From Actinomycetota bacterium (lineage in GTDB: Bacteria; Actinomycetota; Actinomycetes; S36-B12): DNA of 51,745 nucleotides. A model generated the notes under the pieces. The model did not search any database. It had not been told where the DNA came from and was given only the letters and a program-made list of their open reading frames with translations. Location of the stretch: NCBI GenBank assembly GCA_041164085.1, contig JBEAQC010000001.1, forward strand, positions 1-51,745. Reading direction: 5' to 3'. Every line of letters starts with the position of its first letter. The stretch's first letter is position 1. Below are positions 39,208-48,057 of this stretch, piece by piece. Position numbers and translations under genes: made by a program.

Positions 39208-39624
39208 ATGGCCAAGTCCACCCTCAATCCGGTGTGGAAGAAGGAGCCGGATAAGCACGATTATCCCGCGGCGGCCAACTACCTGAGCCTGATCGCCGAT
39301 GAAGCCGTCGTCGCCGACCTTGTCGCACGCTTGAAGAAGGCGCCGGTGACCATGCATCAGGCGAAGGACCTCCTGCGCGCCGCGCAACTGGTGCTCCTGC
39401 CGAGTAGTGACAAGCACGTCGCGGCAGACCTCAACAAGATCGTCAATGGGACGAAGCTCTCTCCGGTGCTGCTCGTACGCGGGGGCATCGAGCAGGGCCT
39501 GCCGTTGACGATCGCGGACGGCTATCACCGGGTGTGCGCCAGCTACTACACCGCTGACGATGCGAACATCCCCGCGCGGCTGGTCGACCTCACCGTGCCT
39601 TCGAAACTGCTGTCAAAGAAGTAG
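39208..39624 (+). CDS. Standalone ParB/sulfiredoxin-like domain protein (138 aa)
   Basis: ATG 39208 after AAGGAG; LSPVLLVRG...LTIADGYHRV resembles the ParB/Srx DGxHR motif; no HTH seen. Confidence 0.6.
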   Translation: MAKSTLNPVWKKEPDKHDYPAAANYLSLIADEAVVADLVARLKKAPVTMHQAKDLLRAAQLVLLPSSDKHVAADLNKIVNGTKLSPVLLVRGGIEQGLPLTIADGYHRVCASYYTADDANIPARLVDLTVPSKLLSKK

Positions 39625-39631
39625 GTCCCAC

Positions 39632-41068
39632 ATGCGCCCGGGATCCGAGCCTGACTTCGTGCTGCCGACGCGGGAGGACCCCGTCGTGCGCGCGAGCACG
39701 GGCTTCATCGGTGGCCCGGTGGGTCGGTTCGCGCGCATCGGCGCGGCCACGTGGTGGACTCCTCTTCGCGTACTCATCCTGCTGGGCATGCTGGCGTGGA
39801 TTGCGGGCGCGACCCTCGACCTGCCGTGCATGTCCAACGCCTGGTCGAGCCCCGATACCTACGAGCACCTGTGCTACTCCGACATCCCGCCGCTCTACGG
39901 CGCGCGCGGCTTCGCCGAGGGCTACCTTCCCTACCTGCAGTTGGAGCCGGGCGGCCGCTACCTCGAGTACCCCGTCCTCACGGGTGTCTTCATGCAGATC
40001 GCCGCGTGGTTCACGAGCCTCGTGCTCGTCATCGTGCCGGGGGCGGGCCCCGCGCTGACGTTCTTCGTCATCAACGCGATCCTGCTCTTCCCGTTCTTCT
40101 TGCTCGCGATCGTCGCCAGCGCGCGCATCGTCAAGGCCCGTCCGTGGGACGCAGCGATGATCGCGCTCGCTCCCACGATCATCCTTGCGGGGCTCATCAA
40201 CTGGGATCTCATCCCGGTGGGTCTCACCATGGCAGCGATCCTTCTGTGGGCTCGGCGGCAGCCGACCTGGGCCGGAGTCGTCCTCGGCCTGGCGATCGCC
40301 GCGAAATTCTTCCCGCTCATCCTGCTCGGCCCATGGCTGCTGCTGTGCGTGCGAGCCGGCCGGCTGCGTGACTTCGGCCGCCTCCTCGGTGGCGCCGCTG
40401 CGGCGTGGATCATGGTCAACCTGCCCTTCATGATCGGCAACTTCGAGGGCTGGGTCCATTTCTACGAGTTCAGCAGCACGCGCGGCATGGACTGGGGTTC
40501 GGTCTGGTACGCCATCACGCTCTGGGGCGTGCCGGCAGTGCCTGCCGAGATGCTCAATGCGGCGGCGATGGGCACGTTCCTGGTCCTGTGCCTCGGCATC
40601 GCTGCCCTCATCTTCTTCGCGCCCAAGCGTCCGCGGCTCATCCCGATGCTCTTTCTTGTCGTCGCGGCGTTCGCCGTCACCAACAAGGTCTATTCACCGC
40701 AGTTCGTCATCTGGCTCGTGCCGCTCGCCGCGCTGGCCCGGCCGAAGTGGCGTGACTTCCTCATCTGGCAGGCGGCGGAGATCAGCTACTTCATCGCGAT
40801 CTGGTGGTACCTCGCGGGCTACGGCATCGAGGATGCCAAGGGCATGACGCCGCAGTGGTACGCCTTCTTCACCTTCGTCCACGTCATCGCGACCGTCTGG
40901 TACGCCGGGCTGATTGTCCGTGATGCCCTGCACCCCGGATGCGACATCGTGCGCACCGACGGCGTGCCCGCCGACGAGGATGATCCCGGAGGTGGGTGCC
41001 TAGACCAGGCGCCCGATGCGCTGCCGTGGCTGCGGCCGCGAGTCGCCGCCGAAAGCGACGCTTCGTAG
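39632..41068 (+). CDS. GT87-family membrane glycosyltransferase (Rv0051-like)
   Basis: CYSDIPPLY, LEYPVLTG, INWDL, GLAIAAKFFP, NKVYSPQF, EDDPGGG; downstream of ponA. Confidence 0.9.
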   Translation: MRPGSEPDFVLPTREDPVVRASTGFIGGPVGRFARIGAATWWTPLRVLILLGMLAWIAGATLDLPCMSNAWSSPDTYEHLCYSDIPPLYGARGFAEGYLPYLQLEPGGRYLEYPVLTGVFMQIAAWFTSLVLVIVPGAGPALTFFVINAILLFPFFLLAIVASARIVKARPWDAAMIALAPTIILAGLINWDLIPVGLTMAAILLWARRQPTWAGVVLGLAIAAKFFPLILLGPWLLLCVRAGRLRDFGRLLGGAAAAWIMVNLPFMIGNFEGWVHFYEFSSTRGMDWGSVWYAITLWGVPAVPAEMLNAAAMGTFLVLCLGIAALIFFAPKRPRLIPMLFLVVAAFAVTNKVYSPQFVIWLVPLAALARPKWRDFLIWQAAEISYFIAIWWYLAGYGIEDAKGMTPQWYAFFTFVHVIATVWYAGLIVRDALHPGCDIVRTDGVPADEDDPGGGCLDQAPDALPWLRPRVAAESDAS

Positions 41069-41108
41069 CGCTTCAGGACCGTCAGAACTGTCACGAAGCG
41101 TCGTCTTC
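41051..41108. repeat. REP-like palindrome / terminator, second copy
   Basis: CGACGCTTCGT 41056-41066 pairs perfectly with ACGAAGCGTCG 41093-41103; shares arms and the GACCGTCA loop motif with 5998-6055. Confidence 0.65.
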
Positions 41109-41139
41109 ACGAGGGCGCACGACCGCGTGGCGGCCCTGG

Positions 41140-41922
41140 CTAGACGGCGAGATCGATGACGACGGGAGCGTGATCGCTCGGACCCTTGCCCTTGCGTGCA
41201 TCCCGGTCGACGTAGGCATCACTCACACGCTCCGCGAACGCAGCATTGGCGTACACGAGATCGATGCGCATGCCCATGCCCTTGTGGAACGCCCCGTCTC
41301 GGTAGTCCCAAAAGGTGAAGGGCTCACCCTTCAGTGCCCGCGGCATGACGTCGGCAAGGCCGGCTTCGCGCAGATCGGCGAGAGCGGCCCGCTCTGCTGG
41401 CGTGACATGCGTGGAGTTGGCGAAGAGCGAGATATCCCAGACGTCGCTGTCCTCCGGCGCGACGTTGAAGTCGCCGATCACCGCGTACGGCAGGGCGGGC
41501 GCCATGGTCATCTCCGACACCACCGTGTCGCGGAGGACCCCGAGCCAGTCGAGTTTGTAGGCGTAGTGGGGGTGGTCCGGCTCCCGTCCGTTCGGCACGT
41601 AGACACTCCAGACGCGCACGCCGCCGCAGGTGGCGCCTACTGCGCGCGGCTCGACGGAACCGTCGTACGCCGGCTGCCCCGGCAGGTCGCGCACGACGTC
41701 ATCGAGTCCCACGCGCGACAGGAGGGCGACGCCATTCCAGCGCCCGTCGCCGTGCGCGGCCACCTCGTAGCCGAGGGCCTGAATGGGCATCTCGGGGAAG
41801 TCCCCCGTGGCGCACTTGAGCTCCTGCAGGGCCACGACATCAGGCTGGGCGGTCTCGAGCCAGTCGACCAGCCGGTCCAGTCGGGACTTGACCGAGTTGA
41901 CGTTCCAGGTGGCGATGCGCAC
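41140..41922 (-). CDS. xth: Exodeoxyribonuclease III / AP endonuclease
   Basis: MRIATWNVNS, LQELK, WNGVALL, YVPNG, GDFN, RID, PSDHAPV. Confidence 0.95.
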   Translation of the reverse strand: MRIATWNVNSVKSRLDRLVDWLETAQPDVVALQELKCATGDFPEMPIQALGYEVAAHGDGRWNGVALLSRVGLDDVVRDLPGQPAYDGSVEPRAVGATCGGVRVWSVYVPNGREPDHPHYAYKLDWLGVLRDTVVSEMTMAPALPYAVIGDFNVAPEDSDVWDISLFANSTHVTPAERAALADLREAGLADVMPRALKGEPFTFWDYRDGAFHKGMGMRIDLVYANAAFAERVSDAYVDRDARKGKGPSDHAPVVIDLAV

Positions 41923-42036
41923 GGCCCGAGGCTAGCGGGGTCGCCCAGCCTCGACCGCAGAGTGGCCGTTCCGGCCGACAGGCGGCCCGGAGAGCCCAAA
42001 ACGCCCCAGGTCAAACATGCCCCACGCGACCCCCCC

Positions 42037-42061
42037 TGTGAATCCGGCACCGTCGTCCACA
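42037..42061. promoter_or_regulatory. Possible DnaA boxes upstream of gyrB
   Basis: TCGTCCACA 42053-42061 and TGTGAATCC 42037-42045, both with mismatches. Confidence 0.35.
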
Positions 42062-42179
42062 GGGCCCCTCTCGGGCATGTTTATGTCCGCCAGAGCGTTA
42101 GGATGAGCAGACTGCTCGTCCCCCCGCTCTCGGGTCGGCCTCGCGCCGGCCCGAGACCTTCGAAGGAGGCCCGCCGCCC

Positions 42180-44144
42180 GTGTCCTACGACGCCAGCGCG
42201 ATCACAGTTCTCGAGGGCCTCGACGCGGTCCGCAAGCGCCCGGGGATGTACATCGGCTCCACCGGCGAGCGGGGCCTTCACCACCTGGTCTACGAGGTCG
42301 TCGACAACTCTGTCGACGAGGCGATGGCGGGATACGCCACCCACATCACCGTCGTCCTTCGCGAGGACGGTGGCGTGCGCGTGTCGGACAACGGCCGCGG
42401 TATCCCGGTCGATGAGCATGCGGTCGAGAAGAAGCCCGCGCTTGAGGTCGTGCTCACCGTCCTGCACGCAGGCGGCAAGTTCGGGGGCGGCGGCTACTCA
42501 GTGTCGGGTGGCCTTCACGGCGTTGGAGTCTCCGTGGTCAACGCGCTCTCGACACGCCTCGAGGTCGAGGTCAAGCGGGATGGCTTCGTCTGGACCCAGT
42601 CCTACGAGCACGGTGTCCCCACGGCGCCACTCAAGAAGGGCCCCGCGACCGACGAGCACGGCACGACCATCACCTTCTGGGCGGACCCCGACATCTTCGA
42701 GACCACGTGGTACGACACCGCCACTCTTGCGCGCCGGTTCCAGGAGATGGCCTTCCTCAATCGCGGACTGACCATCACGCTCATCGATGAGCGACGTCGT
42801 CCGGGCCTGGTTGAGGAGTTCGGCGGCGAGGAGTCCGAGGGCGTCGCCGAGATCACCTACTTCTACGAGGGCGGCATCGCCGACTTCGTCCGCCACCTCA
42901 ACGCCACCAAGGGCGTGGGCAACCCCACCGTCATCGAACTCGCGGCGGAGGATGACAAGAAGGGCCTGCAGGCGGAAATCGCGATGCAGTGGAGTTCCGG
43001 CTTCAACGAGTCGGTCCACACCTTCGCCAACACGATCAACACCACCGAGGGTGGCACCCACGAGGAGGGCTACCGCGCGGCGCTCACCACGTTGATCAAC
43101 AAGTTTGCGCGCGAGTGGGGCATCCTCAAGGACAAGGATCCCAACCTCGCGGGCGAGGACGTCCGCGAGGGCCTGACCGCCATCGTGAGCGTCAAGCTCC
43201 GCGAGCCGCAGTTCGAGGGTCAGACCAAGGGCAAGCTCGGCAACACCGAGATGAAGACGTTCGTGCAGAAGGTCGTCAATGATCAGCTCGGCGCCTGGCT
43301 CGAGCAGAACCCCGCCGAAGGCAAGGAGATCGCCCGCAAGTCGGTCAATGCCGCCACCGCGCGCATCGCCGCCCGCAAGGCTCGCGATCTCGCACGCAAT
43401 CGCAAGGGACTCCTCGGTGGTGCGGGCATGCCCGGCAAGCTCATCGACTGCTCCAGCCGCGAGCCCGAGGAGTGCGAGGTCTTCATCGTTGAGGGCGACT
43501 CCGCGGGCGGCAGCGCCCGGCAGGGCCGTGACCCGCGAACCCAGGCGATCCTTCCCATCCGCGGCAAGATCCTCAACGTCGAGAAGGCACGCATCGACAA
43601 GGTCCTGCAAAACAACGAGGTGCAGGCACTCGTCTCCGCCCTCGGCACGGGCGTGCACGAAGACTTCGACATCAACCGCCTGCGCTATCACAAGCTCGTC
43701 CTCATGGCAGATGCCGACGTCGATGGCCAGCACATTCGCACCCTGCTGCTCACGCTGATCTTCCGCTTCATGCCGCAGCTCGTCACCGAGGGCTTCGTCT
43801 ATCTCGCGCAGCCACCGCTGTTCAAACTCAAGTGGCAGCGTGAGCCCGCGGAGTATGCCTACTCGGACCGCGAGCGCGATGCGCTCATGGAGGCGGGGAT
43901 CGCCGCGGGCAAGAAGCTCCCTAAGGAGGAGGGCATCCAGCGCTACAAGGGTCTCGGCGAGATGAACGCCGACGAGCTCTGGGAGACGACCATGGATCCC
44001 GAACGCCGCGTGCTGCTGCAGGTGACCCTCGATGACGCCGCGCAGGCTGATGAGACGTTCAGCGTCCTCATGGGCGAGGACGTCGAGTCGCGGCGCAACT
44101 TCATCCAGCGCAATGCGCGCGATGTGCGCTTCCTCGATATCTAG
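42180..44144 (+). CDS. gyrB: DNA gyrase subunit B
   Basis: [61 protein letters not shown]. Confidence 0.98.
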   Translation: MSYDASAITVLEGLDAVRKRPGMYIGSTGERGLHHLVYEVVDNSVDEAMAGYATHITVVLREDGGVRVSDNGRGIPVDEHAVEKKPALEVVLTVLHAGGKFGGGGYSVSGGLHGVGVSVVNALSTRLEVEVKRDGFVWTQSYEHGVPTAPLKKGPATDEHGTTITFWADPDIFETTWYDTATLARRFQEMAFLNRGLTITLIDERRRPGLVEEFGGEESEGVAEITYFYEGGIADFVRHLNATKGVGNPTVIELAAEDDKKGLQAEIAMQWSSGFNESVHTFANTINTTEGGTHEEGYRAALTTLINKFAREWGILKDKDPNLAGEDVREGLTAIVSVKLREPQFEGQTKGKLGNTEMKTFVQKVVNDQLGAWLEQNPAEGKEIARKSVNAATARIAARKARDLARNRKGLLGGAGMPGKLIDCSSREPEECEVFIVEGDSAGGSARQGRDPRTQAILPIRGKILNVEKARIDKVLQNNEVQALVSALGTGVHEDFDINRLRYHKLVLMADADVDGQHIRTLLLTLIFRFMPQLVTEGFVYLAQPPLFKLKWQREPAEYAYSDRERDALMEAGIAAGKKLPKEEGIQRYKGLGEMNADELWETTMDPERRVLLQVTLDDAAQADETFSVLMGEDVESRRNFIQRNARDVRFLDI

Positions 44145-44183
44145 TCATGACCTTCATCCACCCGCAGCCGACAGGAGCCTGAC

Positions 44184-46760
44184 GTGCCCGATGACATCGA
44201 CGTGATCCCCGCAGGAGGTCGCATCGAGCCGGTCGATCTCCAGAAGGAGATGGAGCGGTCGTACCTCGACTACTCGATGAGCGTCATCGTCTCTCGAGCG
44301 CTGCCTGATGTTCGTGATGGGCTGAAGCCGGTGCACCGTCGCGTGCTCTACGCGATGTACGACGGGGGCTACCGACCCGACCGCAACTTCTCCAAGTCCG
44401 CTCGCGTCGTCGGCGACGTCATGGGCAGCTACCACCCGCATGGCGACACGGCGATCTACGACGCCCTCGTGCGTCTGGCGCAGCCGTGGTCGTTGCGCTA
44501 CCCACTCGTCCAGGGCCAGGGCAACTTCGGCTCGCAGGGCAATGACCCGCCAGCGGCCCAGCGCTACACCGAGTGCCGCATGGCCCCGCTGGCCATGCAG
44601 ATGGTCCGCGACATCGACGAGGAGACGGTCGACTTCGCGCCCAACTACGACGGCCGCACCCTCGAGCCCGTCGTCCTGCCCAGCCGGTTCCCCAACCTGC
44701 TCGTCAATGGCAGTGCCGGAATCGCGGTCGGCATGGCGACCAACATCCCCCCGCACAACCTGCGCGAGGTCGCCGCAGGCGTGCAGTGGATGCTGCAGAA
44801 CCCGGAGGCCAGCCGCGAGGAGGCACTCGAGGCCCTCATCGAACGCGTGAGCGGACCCGACTTCCCGACCGGGGGGCTCATCGTCGGCCGCCGCGGCGTG
44901 GAGGACGCCCTGCGCACCGGCCGTGGATCCATCACGATGCGTGCTGTCGTGGAGGTGGATGAAGACGCCAAGGGGCGCCAACTCCTCATCGTCACCGAAC
45001 TGCCCTACCAGGTGAATCCCGACAACCTGCTCCTGCGCATTGCAGAGTTGGTCAGCGACGGCAAGATCGGCGGCATCGCCGACGTGCGCGATGACTCGTC
45101 CTCGCGCACGGGCATGCGCCTCATCATCGAGCTGAAGCGCGACGCCGTCGCCCAGGTCGTGCTCAACAATCTCTACAAGCACACGCAACTGCAGGAGACC
45201 TTCGGCGCCAACATGCTCGCGCTCGTCGACGGCGTGCCGCGCACCCTGAGCATCGAGCAGTTCGTCCGGTCGTGGATCACCCACCAGATCGAGGTCATCC
45301 AGCGCCGGACCCGCTACCGCCTGCGCAAGGCCGAGGAGCGTGCTCACATCCTGCGCGGCTACCTCAAGGCACTCGACGCCCTCGACGAGGTCATCGCGCT
45401 GATCCGGGCGTCCGCCACGGTGGACGATGCGCGGACAGGCCTCATGGGCCTGCTGGAGATCGATGAGTTGCAGGCCACCGCGATCCTCGACATGCAGTTG
45501 CGCCGACTTGCGGCCCTCGAGCGTCAGAAGATCATCGATGAGTTCGACGAGCTGATGGCGCGCATCGCCGATTACAACGACATCCTCGCCTCGGAGCCCC
45601 GCCAGCGGTCCATCGTGAGCGAGGAGCTCGCCGAGGTCGTCAATGACTACGGCGACGATCGGCGCACGCAGTTCGTGCCATGGGACGGCGATGTCAGCCA
45701 CGAAGACCTCATCGCTGAGGATGATGTCGTCGTCACGATCACGTCCGGCGGGTACGCCAAGCGCACCAAGACCGATCTCTACCGCCAGCAGCGCCGCGGT
45801 GGACGGGGCGTGAAGGGCGCCGCGCTGCGCCAGGACGACGTCGTCGAGCACTTCTTCGTGACGACGACCCACCATTGGATCCTCTTCTTCACCACGAAGG
45901 GCCGCGTCTACCGGGCTAAGGCCTATCAACTGCCCGAGGCAGGCCGTGACGCCAAGGGTCAGCACGTCGCCAACCTCCTCGCCTTTCAGCCGGATGAGGA
46001 GATCGCGCAGGTGCTCACACTGCGCGACTACGAGGCTGCTCCTTATCTCGTGCTCGCTACACGCGGAGGCATGGTCAAGAAGACGCGCTTGTCGGAGTAC
46101 GACTCCAATCGCACCGGCGGTGTTATCGCGATCAATCTTCGCGAGGACGACGAGGTCATCTCCGCACAACTTGTCAGCGAGTCCGACGACCTCCTGCTTG
46201 TATCTCGCAAGGGCATGTCAGCACGCTTCCACGCTGACGACGCCACGCTGCGGCCGATGGGTCGCGCCACGGGAGGCGTGATCGGCATGCGCTTCCGCGG
46301 CGACGACGCGCTGCTCTCCATGGATGTCGTGCAGGAGGGCTCCTTCGTCGTCACGGTGACCGATGGCGGCTATGCGAAGCGGACACCGGTCGAGGAGTGG
46401 TCCCCCAAGGGCCGCGGCATCCTCGGAGTGCGGGCGATGCGCCTGGTGGAGGCGCGCGGTGGCCTGGTCGGCGCGGTCGTCTGCACCGTCGACGATCAGA
46501 TCTTCGCCGTAGCCAATGACGGCATCGTCATCCGCACCCGCGTCGACGAGATCCGCCCCTCGGGACGCGACACGATGGGTGTGCGCCTGATGAACCTCGG
46601 CGAAGATCGCAGCCTTGTCGCGGTTGCTCGCGCAGGCGAGAGCGACGACGACGAGGAGGTCGTCGATGGGGAGATTCTCGAGCAGGAATCGGATGACGAA
46701 TCGGTCTCAACTGACGCCACGACCGGTCAGCAGCCCACCGATGGGCTCCCGCAGGTTTAG
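44184..46760 (+). CDS. gyrA: DNA gyrase subunit A
   Basis: [23 protein letters not shown], catalytic RYTE, GyrA-box QRRGGRG, acidic tail. Confidence 0.98.
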   Translation: MPDDIDVIPAGGRIEPVDLQKEMERSYLDYSMSVIVSRALPDVRDGLKPVHRRVLYAMYDGGYRPDRNFSKSARVVGDVMGSYHPHGDTAIYDALVRLAQPWSLRYPLVQGQGNFGSQGNDPPAAQRYTECRMAPLAMQMVRDIDEETVDFAPNYDGRTLEPVVLPSRFPNLLVNGSAGIAVGMATNIPPHNLREVAAGVQWMLQNPEASREEALEALIERVSGPDFPTGGLIVGRRGVEDALRTGRGSITMRAVVEVDEDAKGRQLLIVTELPYQVNPDNLLLRIAELVSDGKIGGIADVRDDSSSRTGMRLIIELKRDAVAQVVLNNLYKHTQLQETFGANMLALVDGVPRTLSIEQFVRSWITHQIEVIQRRTRYRLRKAEERAHILRGYLKALDALDEVIALIRASATVDDARTGLMGLLEIDELQATAILDMQLRRLAALERQKIIDEFDELMARIADYNDILASEPRQRSIVSEELAEVVNDYGDDRRTQFVPWDGDVSHEDLIAEDDVVVTITSGGYAKRTKTDLYRQQRRGGRGVKGAALRQDDVVEHFFVTTTHHWILFFTTKGRVYRAKAYQLPEAGRDAKGQHVANLLAFQPDEEIAQVLTLRDYEAAPYLVLATRGGMVKKTRLSEYDSNRTGGVIAINLREDDEVISAQLVSESDDLLLVSRKGMSARFHADDATLRPMGRATGGVIGMRFRGDDALLSMDVVQEGSFVVTVTDGGYAKRTPVEEWSPKGRGILGVRAMRLVEARGGLVGAVVCTVDDQIFAVANDGIVIRTRVDEIRPSGRDTMGVRLMNLGEDRSLVAVARAGESDDDEEVVDGEILEQESDDESVSTDATTGQQPTDGLPQV

Positions 46761-46814
46761 TCTGTAGCTCGATAGCCGCGCACTATGCATGAGCGCGCGG
46801 ATGGAGGAGGGGCG

Positions 46815-47384
46815 ATGTCGAGCACGGTGACCCCGGGGCAGCCCACGCCCATCGGTCGCTCGCTCGGCGACACCTCGATCCGGCCCGGTGACGCGACCCC
46901 CGCCCAGGGAATCCCCGTCGCCGCTCCAGCTCCTGCCGCTGCACCTGAGGAGCGGCCGGCGCCGCAAGCAGCCGAGCCGGTCTCCGAGCCGGCCGTCGAG
47001 CCCGCGCGCCGGCGGGCACCGAGACGGGCTCGGCTCTACGTCCACAAGCTGGACGCCTGGTCGGTGATGAAGGTCGCGTTCATGCTGGCTGTGGCCCTCG
47101 GCGTTGTCATCGTGTGTGCGGTAGCCGCGCTGTGGTGGCTGCTCGACTACAGCGGTGTCATCGCCACCCTCGCGCGCAATGTGGACGAGGTCATCGGCTC
47201 GGGCACGACGACGTTCGATCTCGAGGCCGTTCTCGCCTTCGACCGCGTCATGGGGGTCACGGTCCTGGTGGCTGCCCTCGAGGTTGCCCTCGTATCTATC
47301 CTTGCGGGTTTGTTTGCCGTGCTTTACAACCTCACCGTCGGGATCACGGGCGGCATTGAAGCCACCTTTACGGATGCGGTCTAG
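46815..47384 (+). CDS. DUF3566 membrane protein (Rv0007-like)
   Basis: RRARLYVHKLDAWSVMK, LYNL...GGIE; conserved after gyrA; ATG 46815 after GGAGGAGG. Confidence 0.88.
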   Translation: MSSTVTPGQPTPIGRSLGDTSIRPGDATPAQGIPVAAPAPAAAPEERPAPQAAEPVSEPAVEPARRRAPRRARLYVHKLDAWSVMKVAFMLAVALGVVIVCAVAALWWLLDYSGVIATLARNVDEVIGSGTTTFDLEAVLAFDRVMGVTVLVAALEVALVSILAGLFAVLYNLTVGITGGIEATFTDAV

Positions 47385-47407
47385 TTCAGGCGCGGTAGCC
47401 TCGCACC

Positions 47408-48019
47408 ATGCCCAAGATCGTCGATCATGATGAACGTCGTCGCATCATCGTCGAGGCACTGTGGCGCGTGATTGCGCGCGATGGCGCTCACGAGGTGTCG
47501 GTCCGCCACGTCGCTGCTGAAGCGGGCATGCCCAAGTCGAGCATCGCGCACTATGTCGGCACCATGCCTCAACTGCTGGGCCTTGCGGTCGATCAGCTCG
47601 TCGAGATCAACTCCGACTACATCATGACCCTGGATCTGCTGGAACTCTCCGTTGACAACGCTACAGAGGTGCTGGTCACCATCGTCCCCGCGACGGACGA
47701 GCGCCGTCGCAGGTCCGGCGTGTGGCTGCTCCTCGTCGCGCAGGCCGGCACAGACCCGGAGTACGCCGACGTCCTGCACCGGCTCAACACCGCTGTCGCT
47801 GAGGGCTTGCAGGAGTTGCTCGTCGGCATGCAGAAGCAGGGGCTGGTGCATCCGTCACGCGACGTCGATGCCGAGGCAGCGCGCCTGCACTCCCTCATCG
47901 ATGGCATATCGATCCACTGCATGACCGACCCCGCACGTCGCTCCGAGGAGGAGGTGCGGGCAATCTTCCGCGCCGAGGTGGCTGCCCTCGCGGAACCCTG
48001 CTCGGTCACTGTCCGCTAG
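47408..48019 (+). CDS. TetR-family regulator (BetI-like C-terminus)
   Basis: MPKIVDHDERR, SVRHVAAEAG...HY HTH, LHSLIDGI. Confidence 0.92.
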   Translation: MPKIVDHDERRRIIVEALWRVIARDGAHEVSVRHVAAEAGMPKSSIAHYVGTMPQLLGLAVDQLVEINSDYIMTLDLLELSVDNATEVLVTIVPATDERRRRSGVWLLLVAQAGTDPEYADVLHRLNTAVAEGLQELLVGMQKQGLVHPSRDVDAEAARLHSLIDGISIHCMTDPARRSEEEVRAIFRAEVAALAEPCSVTVR

Positions 48020-48057
48020 GGATCCTGACGCCGCCCTAGGGGGATTAGGGTGCCGCC

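Noticed and set aside
44430-44465. Gyr[15 protein letters not shown] (Thr at the E. coli Ser83 position) as a resistance allele
   Set aside because: Thr is a common natural residue at this position; there is no evidence for acquired resistance.
44154-46169. 671-aa antisense ORF opposite gyrA, and similar long shadow ORFs (42498-43733, 40996-42771, 35558-36967, 24390-25583)
   Set aside because: They overlap well-conserved genes and have no recognisable motifs; such ORFs are expected from stop-codon scarcity in high-GC DNA.
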